A stretch of DNA of 63,957 nt, counting the filler, from Salisapilia sapeloensis CBS 127946 (Eukaryota > Protista > Oomycota), in the NCBI GenBank assembly GCA_023334545.1. It is 7 parts of 7 records of this genome, joined end to end, with 100 filler letters (N's around TTAATTAATTAA, not from the genome) between each part and the next. Parts side by side here need not be neighbours in the genome. Positions count along the whole stretch, not along the records: positions 24,165 to 35,430 come from JAADVB010000432.1; positions 35,531 to 37,557 come from JAADVB010000979.1; positions 37,658 to 52,311 come from JAADVB010000383.1; 4 more parts are not named here. One strand, written 5' to 3'. The position numbers and the translations under genes are program-made. The first letter of the stretch is position 1, and each line of letters begins with the position of its first letter. The notes below the pieces were generated by a model, which saw only the letters and a list, made by a program, of their open reading frames with translations, was not told where the DNA came from and did not search any database. This document shows, in pieces, positions 31,776 to 43,700 of this stretch.

Positions 31776-33652
31776 TTAAATCCAAGCTTGTGGTCCTGAC
31801 TTCGCACGATAGCACCCAGAGTGCACTTCCAAACCGAAGTGCAGATCTAGGGTGATACCACTTCAGCGCGGGGATAGTGCTCAAAAGCTCTTACTATATA
31901 GCAGCTGGCATGATGGAAATGCATTTGTACGTGGCGAATAGTTGAAGATACTTGCATGTACCACTACAAATGCGAATATATACACCGATGAAAAGATAAG
32001 CGGGCAGTAAACAGAACCCATCTGGTACAAGTACGGAGCTGGATGCTACAAGCGTAGAAGCACCATATCGATAAAGCTAGAACTTAAACGGGGTACGCAA
32101 TAAACAACGGAGCGATTTACTAGTGGGTGCCTCCGTATCTATGCGCTTGAAGTTTCTACTTGCCATGAATCTCAATGCCTTGAAGAAGGCATAATGCTTG
32201 GTAAGTGCTTCACCAAGTGTGATGAATACAATATGTACTTATGCAGCATAGTCTTTAGTGGTCAGGAAACGGCGTGCAAGACCGCGAAGAGTTTGCATCA
32301 AACCTTTTCTTAGCCGTCGGTACACTCTTCTCACCCCACAACTGTCTCGGCACGTGCCTAGCAAACAGTTTGCTCGATCGCACATGCCTCATTGCATTTT
32401 TCTACTATACCGGAAATATTTGAACCAGAACTTATTGTTACTATTGGTTCTACTCAAACTTTCCTATGGCGGTTCATCGGCTTGCTAGACTCGAATCGCC
32501 GGGCCTATGAAATGTATATCATAAGTTATCAAAAGTATATTCATGAGTAGTACGATGTGAAGAGGATTAAGCTGAGCAGTTCTCGGAACAGTAGAAGTAG
32601 TGGAGGGGAACTCTTATTAGTTTTTGTTTTGTTTTGAAGGGTGATAGATGGAAGAGGAAAATGACTGCATTTTGAAGACTCTTCGCGCTGGACAGTGCCA
32701 ATTCTTACTTGTTTCCTATCTCCTCTTCTCTAGCTACATCTATCCATCATAGTCCTCTCGAACCTTTCGGCTATCTCTCCAGTCTAATGTCACATCCCCT
32801 CTTATTTTCGAGTCTTGAACAAAACTGCTCTTTCACCGACTTCCCACAGCGCGCAAACGAACAGAAGCAACCCGCTCTCATGGTACAAGTCCTTTGAGGA
32901 GGCTGGGCTTACCTCAGCGTCACTTCTTCGCCAGCGTGCGCCGGTCAACCGGAGGGTGAACGCAAGTCCAGCACATGTGCCGCATAGCTTTCCGCCTACA
33001 TGATTCCCTCAAATTACCCACCGCGTCCTCTTCTTCATCTGCACATTTCCAATTGTCACGCCTTAGTGCTTGCTCCTTTTCGCTCTGCGCATCTTCTTCG
33101 TGGAAACTTAAAATCATGTCAGCCTTCACGCATCACCCATATATTCCTGAGTACAGATAGACCAGTAGGTTCCCAGTGCTCCTTCGTCTTCGCTTTAGTT
33201 CGCCGGTAGTCGTTTGATCTGAGCGGAAATGTCAATATCAAAATTCCGAGATCAGGTCCGGATTAGTTATATGCTTGGCTTCAAGGAATGCTATATTTCG
33301 TGTGCCTGATCGTTCTCCATGCGGAATGTAGAAGTGCAATTTCCGTCTTTGCATCTGCTTACGATAGGCAAACTCGTATTATTCTGTATAAGACGCATGC
33401 CGATCAGCCAACCAGGGATTCAAAGTCTGGCTTTCAATCTCGATGATAGTGTTGTTTTCAGAATGTCGTCCACTTCCTCACGTTGAGAATGGTTCTATAC
33501 CTTTCGTTTTGGTTGCCATTAAATCAGTCAACGTCATCAATTCGCACACGTAACACCAAGTTAAGGCATCAACTTTTCATTTACCTCCTTCCTTACCAAC
33601 AATCTACCAAGTTACCAGCTTGTGTAGAAATTCTTTCATCTCTAGCCAAAAG

Positions 33653-34660
33653 CTATTGCTGCAAAGCAGTCACGGACACGAACGCATTCTTCTCACTCGT
33701 AAAGCGACCCTTGACTCGGCGTCGCTTCGCAGCATACGCACGACGGGTGTTCGAAAGATCAGGGTCCACTTGTTTCATGCCAGACGACCGCTTCGAAGTC
33801 TTCTCCTCCGCGCTCGACTGCTCTGGCTGTGTAAGCGACCTCTTCGTCCCACGGAGCAATGGAGGACCAGCTAAGCAGCCTTCCATTATCGGCACGGGGC
33901 ACTGACTTTCCACTTGCACCGTAAAGTTTGGTACGAACACACGCGGATCGACTTTCGCCGATGGCTCCGCAGGTGCTGACGTGTCTTGCTCCAAAAAGTC
34001 AAAGAGTTCGCTCAACTTGTCGACTTCGAGGGCGTCAGCTTCATTACGACTTCCATCCTCTGAAGCATCCGAGTCTTCACTAGTGACCGGGTCCTCTTCC
34101 AACATCGTGAATGATTCAAGCAAATCATCGACATTGTGAGCGTCCTCTTCCAACTGCTCTACTTCCTCCTGATGAGTAAACAGATCACTCAAGTCGTCGA
34201 CATTGCCAGCGTCCTGTGACGAATCAAACTCCCCTTGGTCAACTGTTTCCGCAATTGATAAAGTGAGTGATTGGTCGTCAAAAGAAAGATTTTCAGGCAT
34301 ACATCCGTCGTCTAAAGACGAGAATACATCGCTGAGTTCATCTACATTGGTCGCATCGTCGGATAATGCACTCTCGTTCTGTGTCTTGGGCTCAGCTTCA
34401 AGACCCCAAGGTAAGACGTCGCCGTCGTCGATATGGGAAAACAAATCACTTAGTTCATCGACACGGTAAGCGTCTTGCTGATCGGCAGTGGAGTTCTCCT
34501 GGCTAAAGGTTGTTGAATCTTGTATAGAGGTAGGGTGGTAATCGGTGGTAAGGTCGTTAATAAATGAAAAATCACGCTCTTTTCCTTGAGCAGTAGTGGT
34601 AGCATTCTCGATAGATGCTTCGATGTCCAGCGGAGATGAAACATCGACGCTTCTTGACAA
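33653..34660 (-). CDS. Acidic protein with C-terminal CCT-like motif; true N-terminus undefined
   Basis: C-terminal RRAYAAKRRRVKGRFTSEK resembles the CCT C-half (RKAYAETRPRIKGRF). The frame stays open upstream of the TTG at 34660 to an acceptor-like CCCCGTAG near 34831, implying an upstream exon. Confidence 0.65.
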   Translation of the reverse strand: MSRSVDVSSPLDIEASIENATTTAQGKERDFSFINDLTTDYHPTSIQDSTTFSQENSTADQQDAYRVDELSDLFSHIDDGDVLPWGLEAEPKTQNESALSDDATNVDELSDVFSSLDDGCMPENLSFDDQSLTLSIAETVDQGEFDSSQDAGNVDDLSDLFTHQEEVEQLEEDAHNVDDLLESFTMLEEDPVTSEDSDASEDGSRNEADALEVDKLSELFDFLEQDTSAPAEPSAKVDPRVFVPNFTVQVESQCPVPIMEGCLAGPPLLRGTKRSLTQPEQSSAEEKTSKRSSGMKQVDPDLSNTRRAYAAKRRRVKGRFTSEKNAFVSVTALQQ

Positions 34661-35430
34661 TGCTGAGCCACATTCGGTATCGGCACTTAGGCCAATACCG
34701 ACATGCGCCGCATCGTGGACATTGCGGTCTCGCTCTTGAAGCGATGAGAGAAGTGGATCGTTCTGACGGTCTGGCTTGCCATAGTACTTCGGTTGATATA
34801 AGCCGGAGGGGTACTGAGTCAGAGTAAGGCGCTACGGGGGAGCGGAATGGAAAGCGCGGAACTGCGCGAAAACGAGCGGTAGGACCTTCAAGTAGTCGTT
34901 AGCTCAAAGTCGCGAGAACTACGCTTGGCACTCGGCTCTCGATATAGGCGGGTGCGACGTGCGGTGTTCGCTCAAAACGAAAACGGGGGGAATGAGAAGC
35001 AAGCCAGTTCCGAGCATACCCAGTTCAAGTATGGGAAACAGATGGGTGTGGCGTTTGTGTCTCTTAAGTGGCGTTAAGCAATGGGGAGAGAGAGTGAAGG
35101 TCCATAAATCTAGAAGAGTGGTTTAGATGGAATGGTAACTCAGGAGGATGCAGTATGGTAGGAAGCAACCGCCTCCATCACTCTTGACCGTTTAAAAGCT
35201 GCATGACGTATTTTGCTTCGCTAGCGACCAACCTCACACCAAGGATTAGGATATATGCGACTTGTTTATTGGTATGCAAACCTGGTGGATACTAACATGA
35301 ATAGATGTGTCGTGGGGTGGCAGGATTGAGACTCCTCAAGTGATCGAGTCGGCATGTACTCATCGATGCTTGGGACTGAGAGGGAGTAGTCGATGTATTT
35401 GTCGACGCGAACATCTTGGTATGCAGTCCC

Positions 35431-35530
35431 NNNNNNNNNNNNNNNNNNNNNNNNNNNNNNNNNNNNNNNNNNNNTTAATTAATTAANNNNNNNNNNNNNN
35501 NNNNNNNNNNNNNNNNNNNNNNNNNNNNNN
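35431..35530. other. Artificial contig spacer
   Basis: N44-TTAATTAATTAA-N44. Confidence 0.97.
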
Positions 35531-35826
35531 GAGATCGTGCCAGTACCGACGATGACGCGAGGCATTTGCCAGCCAGCACCATCGGTGTATGAGTCTTTCA
35601 CCACACGCTGAGACGGCTTTCGCTCACGGTACATGGTCACATTGTTGGACGACTTGATCGGCTTCCAGCGTCGAGGATCGACTCCACGTGGGATTGTCTT
35701 GTCAAATTCTTGATAGTTTCTCAGTGCTTCGTGTACAAGTATCATCGCGATGCGCTTGCAATCAGCTTTCTTTGTCTCTGAGATCGAAAAGTATTCATAA
35801 GCGTCTGCTGTCCATAGTGTAGTCAT
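35531..35826 (-). CDS. N-terminal part of an oomycete START-like (often FYVE-associated) protein, truncated by the gap
   Basis: MTTLWTADAYEYF...LVHEALRNYQEF...VDPRRWKPIKSSNNVTMYRER...VIVGTGTI is typical of this expanded oomycete family. A possible C-terminal remnant lies at about 35293..35430. Confidence 0.7.
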
Positions 35827-37504
35827 TCGTTAGAAGTAAATGTCAGAACGCTAATTTGCGAATGATATCAATATTCGGTGTCGATCCCTTAGCTAGAGAC
35901 GATACTGCGGGAATCATGCCTGGCGTGCTCAATATACTGCTCTTGATCGTGTGGGATTTGCTTTATACTATGTATTGCTCTAAATTTGGGACGGAAACGA
36001 AATACATGGCCGAAGTATTCAGGAGCCCAACACTAGTTTTATTTTGTATGTACTCAAACAGCACTTGTGCAAATGATGTGAGTAAAATATATAGAAATTT
36101 AAGCGATTGGGTACTAAAGATGATAGTTCAAGACGCCTAGGAAGCGAATTCCGCCATGTCGGTAACTCTGTGCCCCCTGTTCTTGACACGGAGGCGTCTT
36201 TGTAACTCGTAAGAAAACAAAGTTGATCCCACTCTCCTCAAACTCCTGATAACGAGCGGGGGGGTTGTCAGACTACTGAAGTTACTTCTCAGTTGTATAA
36301 TGGTGAAGCTGAAAATAGCATGAAGCGGAAGCAATGAGTGGGATTCGCTGTAAGAACTGACAAAAGCATTCTAGATAGATAAATTCTTCTTTATAGAAAC
36401 TAAAGATATAGGTATATAATCTGTGCTTTTTTAATTGCCAAGTTCATGGACTAAGCGTCAAAATTAGAAGATTTGGCATGCTAGTGCAAAGCCAATCGAG
36501 CATGGCCGTAGCTTCATCCGCAGTATAATTTTTATTGCGCTGGAAGCAACTTAGTGCACCTTTCTAGGCATGCAATCTGTTTTGGGGTATCCAAGCTGCG
36601 AGTATACCGAACATCCCGGTATGTATATTGGTAGGGCATCGATCCCATTAAAAATTTTACGCTGTGCTCAAATACTGCTTTAATATTAAACTTTATGCCA
36701 CTAATTGATGCACTTGGAGTAAACGTTATATTCAGTCAACACGTTACAATTTATATGAGAGGCCTGGCTTGGTTTCCACAGGGTCTAAAAGGGCTAGATT
36801 ACCAGTAATCTAGACAAAGATACCACTATTTACTCCCCTTTTGGCATTTTGCCTTGACTTCATTTCCCTCGGAAGTTACAAAGACGGTCGCAGTCGTAGA
36901 AGAGGAGAGCGCGCAGTGACCAGCGCGATGTATATTGTTTACTCGACGTCGGGATAAGGCATTACTGTTGTAAATACTTCAAGGAAGATGAGACTTGTTT
37001 TTACTGCCCTCGAATCCAAACGACGAGGAAACAGAATGCCAATGTGCCAGACACTTATTGCTCTCCTCTTTCGATTGCGAATACGTTCGTAAGATTCATC
37101 CTCTAATGCACCCTAGCGCCTGGTTTTCCTGTACTCTACCGCTGTTGCTATCATGCTTTGTAGGACGTCCGAATCCGCCTTCGAAGGGTCCAAAGGTACA
37201 TATCAACTAAGGTATTAAACTTGGAAAAGTTGTTTTGTCCACACAACAACCAGCAGCATTTAACAAGGTGCTTTAAGATTCGATGCAAATAAGATTGGGA
37301 TTGGAGCTTCACAAGCCTACAATTGCCTAGCTACAGTGACCATTTTCTGTCAGAGACATCTGCCATGAGGTGAACCAAGTAGGATAAAGGGTGATCCACT
37401 CAGCAGGCCAGAAATCATTCCCGCCGTATCGTCTTTAACTAAAGAATTCACAGTAAGTATTGGTCGCATTCACAGATTTGCACACTGTCAACCACTTCGT
37501 TCCC

Positions 37505-37557
37505 ATGACGACCCCTTGGACGGCGGACGCGTACGAAGGATTCCACCTCTCTGAGGA
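37505..37557 (+). CDS. 5' end of a paralog of the 35826 START-like gene, truncated by the gap
   Basis: MTTPWTADAYEGFHLSE versus MTTLWTADAYEYFSISE: 13 of 17 residues identical. Confidence 0.65.
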
Positions 37558-37657
37558 NNNNNNNNNNNNNNNNNNNNNNNNNNNNNNNNNNNNNNNNNNN
37601 NTTAATTAATTAANNNNNNNNNNNNNNNNNNNNNNNNNNNNNNNNNNNNNNNNNNNN
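37558..37657. other. Artificial contig spacer
   Basis: N44-TTAATTAATTAA-N44. Confidence 0.97.
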
Positions 37658-38370
37658 TGGCGTGGATCGAGTCTCAGCACAACAAAAAAGCAGCTATGAA
37701 TAACGAGTCGAGCGAAGAGGTGGACGGAGAGACGGGAAAGCGCAAAGCACCGTCGATCTGGGCTCCGGAGTACCGTGTCCAGTTCCTCACAGCAATGGCC
37801 TTGGTATTCGGACGGCAATTGTCTGGTATCCAAACAGTGTACTTTTACTCCTCCGACCTGTTCAAGGATGCAGGTATCCAAGACGACCGAGTAGGTACAT
37901 CGATCGTCAACTTTGTCGCGGTCATCCCTGTTCTACTTGCTGGTTTCTTCTCCATACGCTTTGGCAACCGGAAGATGCTGCTCGCAGGTGTTGCTGGCAT
38001 GGGATTAAGTGCAGTCGGCATGACGATCTCTCTTGTCACTGACGTCTCATTCTTGTCCATCATTTTCATGGCTACGTATGTCATTGCCTTTGGCATTGGA
38101 TTGGCCCCCTTCGTCTGGGTCATCGTCAGCGACATCTTCCCTGATGCCTTGCGTTCTCAAGGCATGGGCATCAGCATGGCCAACCAACGTATCTCGAACC
38201 TCATTGTCAGTGTAGCCTATCCGTATCTAACGAACGCCATTGGCGACTACCGGTACATGCCATTCGCTGGCCTCATAGCACTCACCTTCTTCTTCATTCT
38301 CAAGTTCGTACCAGAGACGGGTAACCGCACCCACGCGCAGATCCAAGAGTATTTTAAGAAGGACAATTAG
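37658..38370 (+). CDS. C-terminal half of a sugar porter (GLUT-like MFS) transporter; 5' half in the gap
   Basis: RQLSGIQTVYFYS, RFGNRKMLLAG, FGIGLAPFVWVIVSDIFP, VPETGNRT (PETKG-like motif). Confidence 0.9.
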
Positions 38371-38932
38371 TTGATGAATCCATCCATCCGCAATAGGATT
38401 TCAGTGTGCACATGCATCTATCTACTTTCAATATATGGCAAGGTCTTTTTGTTTCTGCCTAAAAGCTCATTGTCAGTCATGTAGTGCTTGTTAGAAGACT
38501 TGAACTTTGTACAAACTAAAGTGCAGACATCTACCCCAAGACGTCCAAGCGTATCAGGAGATTTGGCATAGTCAGATCAACTTAATAAACAAATCTCCAA
38601 TCCATCATTCGTACCTACAAAAGTGCCTGTTTTTCGCATTTACGATATCATCGCTCATGCGTTGAGATATACATTTGATTGCCTTTATCCATATAGACGC
38701 AGCACTACAGGTAGCTAGCTTCATATCCGAGTGATAACTTTTGCTTTAGATAGTGCAGCACTTCCATCCACCAGGATTGTCCCAGCTACCTGTGAGTCTA
38801 GGTACACAAGCCACATCGTGAACAGATGGGTGCGCACGGCTCAGCTAGATGGTGCATCGCATCGTATCAACGAAGCATAGCACGGCCTTTACATATTCTC
38901 ATCAGAACTGGATTTGGCATTTACCCATCAAG

Positions 38933-40438
38933 ATGCCACCACAATCAATGCCTTCGCCCATGCAAGGCGACCAAGCGTACGAGTTGGTCGACTCTCCATC
39001 GAATGTCAGCACTGCGCAGAAACCAGAGTCAGCGGAAACTTTGAAACCGCGATGGATCATGTACTCGAGTACCATCGTGTGCCTCTTGCAGACCATCCAA
39101 AGTGGCTGGATGAACTCCCAACTAAACTACACTGCTTACAACGATGCGGATGACTGTGATGCTCGACCTATTCCGAATGGAAGGTGCATCATGTTTCCAG
39201 GTCACTCCACCCTTGAATGGACATTTGCTGTGAACGCATGGCTTGTCGGAGCCTTCATCGGCAGCATCGCTGTTGGCAAGTTTGCTCTTCGATACGGGCT
39301 CAAGAATTCGCTGTATGCCAACAGCATCATCATGGCTGTTGGAGCAATCCTCCAGGCTACTTCGTTTAACGTCTGGCAGTTTACTGTCGGACGATTTGTT
39401 GCCGGACTTGCAACGGGCATCTCCGCTGGAGTAACATCCACATACCTAGGTGAAATCGCCCCACCACGGCTTCGAAGTACGGTTGGCATCACCTATCAGC
39501 TCACTTCCAACGCTGGCGGATTCGTAGTAACAGTGCTGTTCTTCGCTGCAGACAACACCAATGGATGGCGGTACATTGCTGCCGTCCCTGCTGTTCTCGC
39601 CCTTCTCTTCCTTGCGTTGGCGCCTCGTTTCATGGTCCGTAGCCCAGCAAGGCTCTTGTTGCATGAACGCTACGACGAAGCTGAGGAGGAGTTGAGCAGG
39701 CTCTTTGGTGCTGAGAACGTTCCGACTGCGCTAGCATGGATCGAGTCACAACAGGCTAAGAAAGCCAAAGCTTCGGAGCCAACGGAGACATCTGACACCG
39801 CCAAACCGAAGAAACGCTTGTCTGTTCTAGCACCCGAATACCGAGCGCAGTTTTTCACTGCCATGGCTTTAGTCGTGGGCAGGCAGTTGACCGGTATACA
39901 AGCAGTGACATTCTTCTCGTCGGATCTGTTCAGGGATGCAGGACTCAAAGACGACAGAATCGGCACCAGCATCACTAAATTTGCCGCGCTACCTCCCATC
40001 ATCGCAGCAGGGTACTTCTCGCTTCAGTATGGTAACCGCAAAATGGTGCTTGCTGGGGCAGCCGGGATTGCGCTTAGTGCCGTTGGCATGACAGTTTCGC
40101 TCATCATAGATAGCTCGGTACTCTCGATCGTCTTCACGACAGCGTACGTCTTTGCGTTTGGCTTGGGTCTCGCTCCCTTCGTCTGGATCATCGCCAGTGA
40201 CATCTTCCCGGATGCCATTCGAACCCAAGGAATGGCGATCGTCATGGCGAACCAGAGGCTATCCAACCTCGTCGTCAGTATCTCTTATCCTTATATTGCC
40301 GCAGCTATCGGAGACTATCGATACCTGCCGTTTGTGGCTTGCACCGTTCTCACGTTTGTCTTCATCTTGAAGCGTGTGCCGGAGACTGGTAATCGCACTC
40401 ATGCCGAGGTCCAAGAGTACTTTAAAAAGAAACAATAA
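38933..40438 (+). CDS. Sugar porter (GLUT-like MFS) transporter, complete
   Basis: Oomycete-type loop CIMFPGHSTLEWTFAVNAW; YLGEIAPPRLR; RQLTGIQAV; VPETGNRT; 12 TM segments. First ATG at 38933. Confidence 0.93.
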   Translation: MPPQSMPSPMQGDQAYELVDSPSNVSTAQKPESAETLKPRWIMYSSTIVCLLQTIQSGWMNSQLNYTAYNDADDCDARPIPNGRCIMFPGHSTLEWTFAVNAWLVGAFIGSIAVGKFALRYGLKNSLYANSIIMAVGAILQATSFNVWQFTVGRFVAGLATGISAGVTSTYLGEIAPPRLRSTVGITYQLTSNAGGFVVTVLFFAADNTNGWRYIAAVPAVLALLFLALAPRFMVRSPARLLLHERYDEAEEELSRLFGAENVPTALAWIESQQAKKAKASEPTETSDTAKPKKRLSVLAPEYRAQFFTAMALVVGRQLTGIQAVTFFSSDLFRDAGLKDDRIGTSITKFAALPPIIAAGYFSLQYGNRKMVLAGAAGIALSAVGMTVSLIIDSSVLSIVFTTAYVFAFGLGLAPFVWIIASDIFPDAIRTQGMAIVMANQRLSNLVVSISYPYIAAAIGDYRYLPFVACTVLTFVFILKRVPETGNRTHAEVQEYFKKKQ

Positions 40439-40734
40439 ATGCCGACATAAATATGGCATCTTAATGCAAGAGCTTCTCTGTACACGAAAGGTAAAAGCTC
40501 ATTCGAAACGCTTCATGCGGTAATCTAAATGGCAAGAGACATTGGAATATGCAACATGTATCCGATTATCTATGCATACCTACTTGCATGGCAGTTGCCA
40601 CGTCCATATTCTCTATCTCGACTTTTCTAATCATAAAGCTCTCTTTGCTTTTATTACGTAAAAACTTGTATGACACGAAGACCCCGGACACAGATCTACT
40701 TTCAACCTGAACAGCAGAAACCGCATGCAGGTAC

Positions 40735-43700
40735 TCAGGCCTGCAGCCTCTGCAGCACGCTATTTTCGCAATCCTGTAGCATCGCGTCCATCGTGTCTTT
40801 CCCTAACCGACCGTACATTTCATTCATGCTGCCCACGACATACGCTTTCAAGTCCAGCTGCACCACAGCTTCCTCCTCCGGCGGCACCTGTCTTTCTCGC
40901 TGTTGCTGCTGATGCCTCGCAGCTGCACGGAAGACACCTCTCTCCTCCTCCGTTTGCTCCACCACGCTGCCTTCCGCGTCCAGCGTCTCGACACTTGCTT
41001 CCAGCACCTGGCCAATGTAGCTCCGGAGGTTGTACTCGTCCAGACGAGGCAACAACGACGCCATCGCGACTGCCCACACCTTCCGCTGGACTGTCGGCAG
41101 GGAAGAAGTAGCAGAGCCAAAGAAAAGCTTGAGCATACAGTGAAGGACGAGTCCTAGAACCTGTTGATTCCGCTGGAAGGCTTGCTCCAGCACCAGCTCC
41201 AGGTGCTGCGACAGGCCTCGTGCCACTGCATTCGCGTACGCGACAATGACAGACTCGCTCTGCCTCGTAGTCTCTTTGTTTGCATACTCTGCCAAGGCTT
41301 GTATTAACTGATGGACGACGCGCATGACTTCTGCCACTTGGTCCGTAGGATACAGCGCCAAGATCTTTTCTACCGTCATGGCGCACTGCTTGGCCGGATC
41401 ACTCCGCACCTGCCCCTCGACTTCTGCAAGGAGGTTGCTGACGCTAGTGTGGTAGGTCTGCCAGAAGGTATGGCCACCTAGCTGCACGTACTTGCGTGTG
41501 ATCTGCAGGACGACGCTGATGTGTTCATAGTCGTTCTGGACTGCAGTCAACGCATGTTCGTAGAGCTGATGCATTACTTCCGAATACGACGAGACAATGT
41601 CTAGACTCTCGAGCCATAGCTCCAAGGCGCTGTCCATCAGGTGCACTCGCTCGGGGTTTCCTACGTCCGTCGCGACCTTGATAACGTCTAGACTCATGTT
41701 CTCGAGCCCTTGTTTGACACTTGCATCTCCGTCGTCCTGCTCCTTCACTCTCTGGATGAGTCTCGTGAGGAGCTGGAGCACCTTACTCCGCACGAGATCT
41801 CCTCCCTCACCTTCGCTTGCCCACATACTCGGCAACGGTGCACTCACTTGTGCGACGACAGGAAGAATCTGGTGTCCTCCGTACGTGACGAGTGTTTCTA
41901 AACAGCTTAGTACTTTCAATCGACTATCGACATGCGAGAATAGGAGGAATAGCTTTTGTAGTAAGGACAAAACTCTCGGGACGAACGGACCAAAGGCTTC
42001 GGGATCGAATCCCCAGTCAGACAGCATCGCTTCCACCGTACCAACGACACGCAGCATAAGCGCAGCATCCGCGTCGGCAGAGTTGTTCATGCGCAAGTTC
42101 ACGGCCGTCTCGCCTGTCTTCAAAAGAGCGTCGTACAACGGAGGACGGATCTCGGACGACAACTGTGCGAGCCAGCAGCCGACAAGCCATACGATGCGGT
42201 AGGACAGGACGGGACGGCCGTCGTACCCGCCCAACGTCGTCTTGGGCGCTGCATTCGTAGGAGAGGAAGGAGATCCAACGAGGATGGACACGAGGTGCGC
42301 TCGGAACCACGGCTCAAAGTCAAAGCGCTCGTGCAGGTCGTAGCACCCGAGACCAAGGGCGAGGAGCACGGCGTCCATGTCTAGTACACGCGGGTCGTCG
42401 TCTGTGCTGACACCAGTGGCTGCAATCGCATCCAGATACGAAGCGGCCGCAGCTGTCATCTGCGTGAGCAACGGCACGGTGCTGTCGCCAAAGTGCTGGA
42501 GGAGCGTCAAGAAGAGGTTCTCCGCAGCAGCACGTACCGAGTCAGCTGGAGTGAGGCTTTCGCAGACGGCATTGTACTGCTCTGGTTCTTCCGCCCACAA
42601 GGATAGGTCCTCATCCTCACGGAGACGCATGTACTGCATGACGATGACCTGCAGCAACGTTTCAAAGCGCTCGCACCCGTTTTCCGGTGCAGACAAGAAG
42701 GAGGAGACGGCTGTTATGCCTTCCTGCACCATCTCGTCACTGACCTCGACGTCCCCTGCGGCCGTGATGACCTTTATCGAGACACTGGCAGCGTCATGTG
42801 CACGTAAACTTTCCTGCTTATACAGTCGACAGTTGAAGACATTGGTAAAGAAGGCTAGTGTATGGATTTGGAGCTTCTTGGGAGCGGACGGAGGTCCAGG
42901 AGACGGTGTCGGGGAAGGCGCGGCAGTGGTCAAGATCTGCCAAAAGATGTTGAGGAAGGCTGGGAGGTATGATCGGAACTCGAGCGGGTAGCTCTTTTGA
43001 ATCGCACCCACGAGTTCTGCCACGCGCGACGTGCACTTGTCAGCGAGAATGACCACTTCTCGTTCCTTTTCTCCTTCGATGAGGTCCTCGACCTCGGTCT
43101 CGGCAACGTACTCATGCTCTTCGGCCGCTAGCTCGGCTAAGAGAGTCGGACGCTTCTGCAGTAGAGACTGGATCTGGTCGTGACACTGTTGCAACGCAGA
43201 GACGACGAGCTGACCGCCTTGACTCGGTACCAACTCCCGAAAGGCGTAGAGCAAGAGCGTCGACACGAGCTTTGTGCACGTGAGTAGCGTACTGAGCCTC
43301 TTGGCTACTTTAGACAGTGCTTTGGAACTAACGTCAATACTATCGTCCTGGATGTCCAATGGAGCACTCCAGTTGGCGGCGCGGTCTGCCCAGACTGGAA
43401 GCAAAGCAGGTAAGAGTTCAGCACTAAGACTAGCAAAACTTTTTCGGTGGGCTAAGAGTCTACGAGATGCTAGTTCCTTTACAATGCAATAGCCGACCTC
43501 CAGCTGCCTCCTTTCAGGCGCCAAAGGCTGTGCGCTTGAGTCCAATAGACCTTGGAAGATGGGTGTGAACAGGTCAGACGAGGACCAGTGGATGGGAAAG
43601 TCGCTACGAGCGATCTGGGCCACGATGAGCGCGAGGTGGCGCGCCGTCTTCACGTCTCGTTCGACCAGCGCGGCGTGGAGCAGCGTCTGACGGAGCTCTG

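Noticed and set aside
32700-33200. Short ORFs (e.g. 32920..33129, 50593..50874) as possible TE or gene relics
   Set aside because: No transposase, RT or other family motif recognisable by eye. A translated search would be needed.
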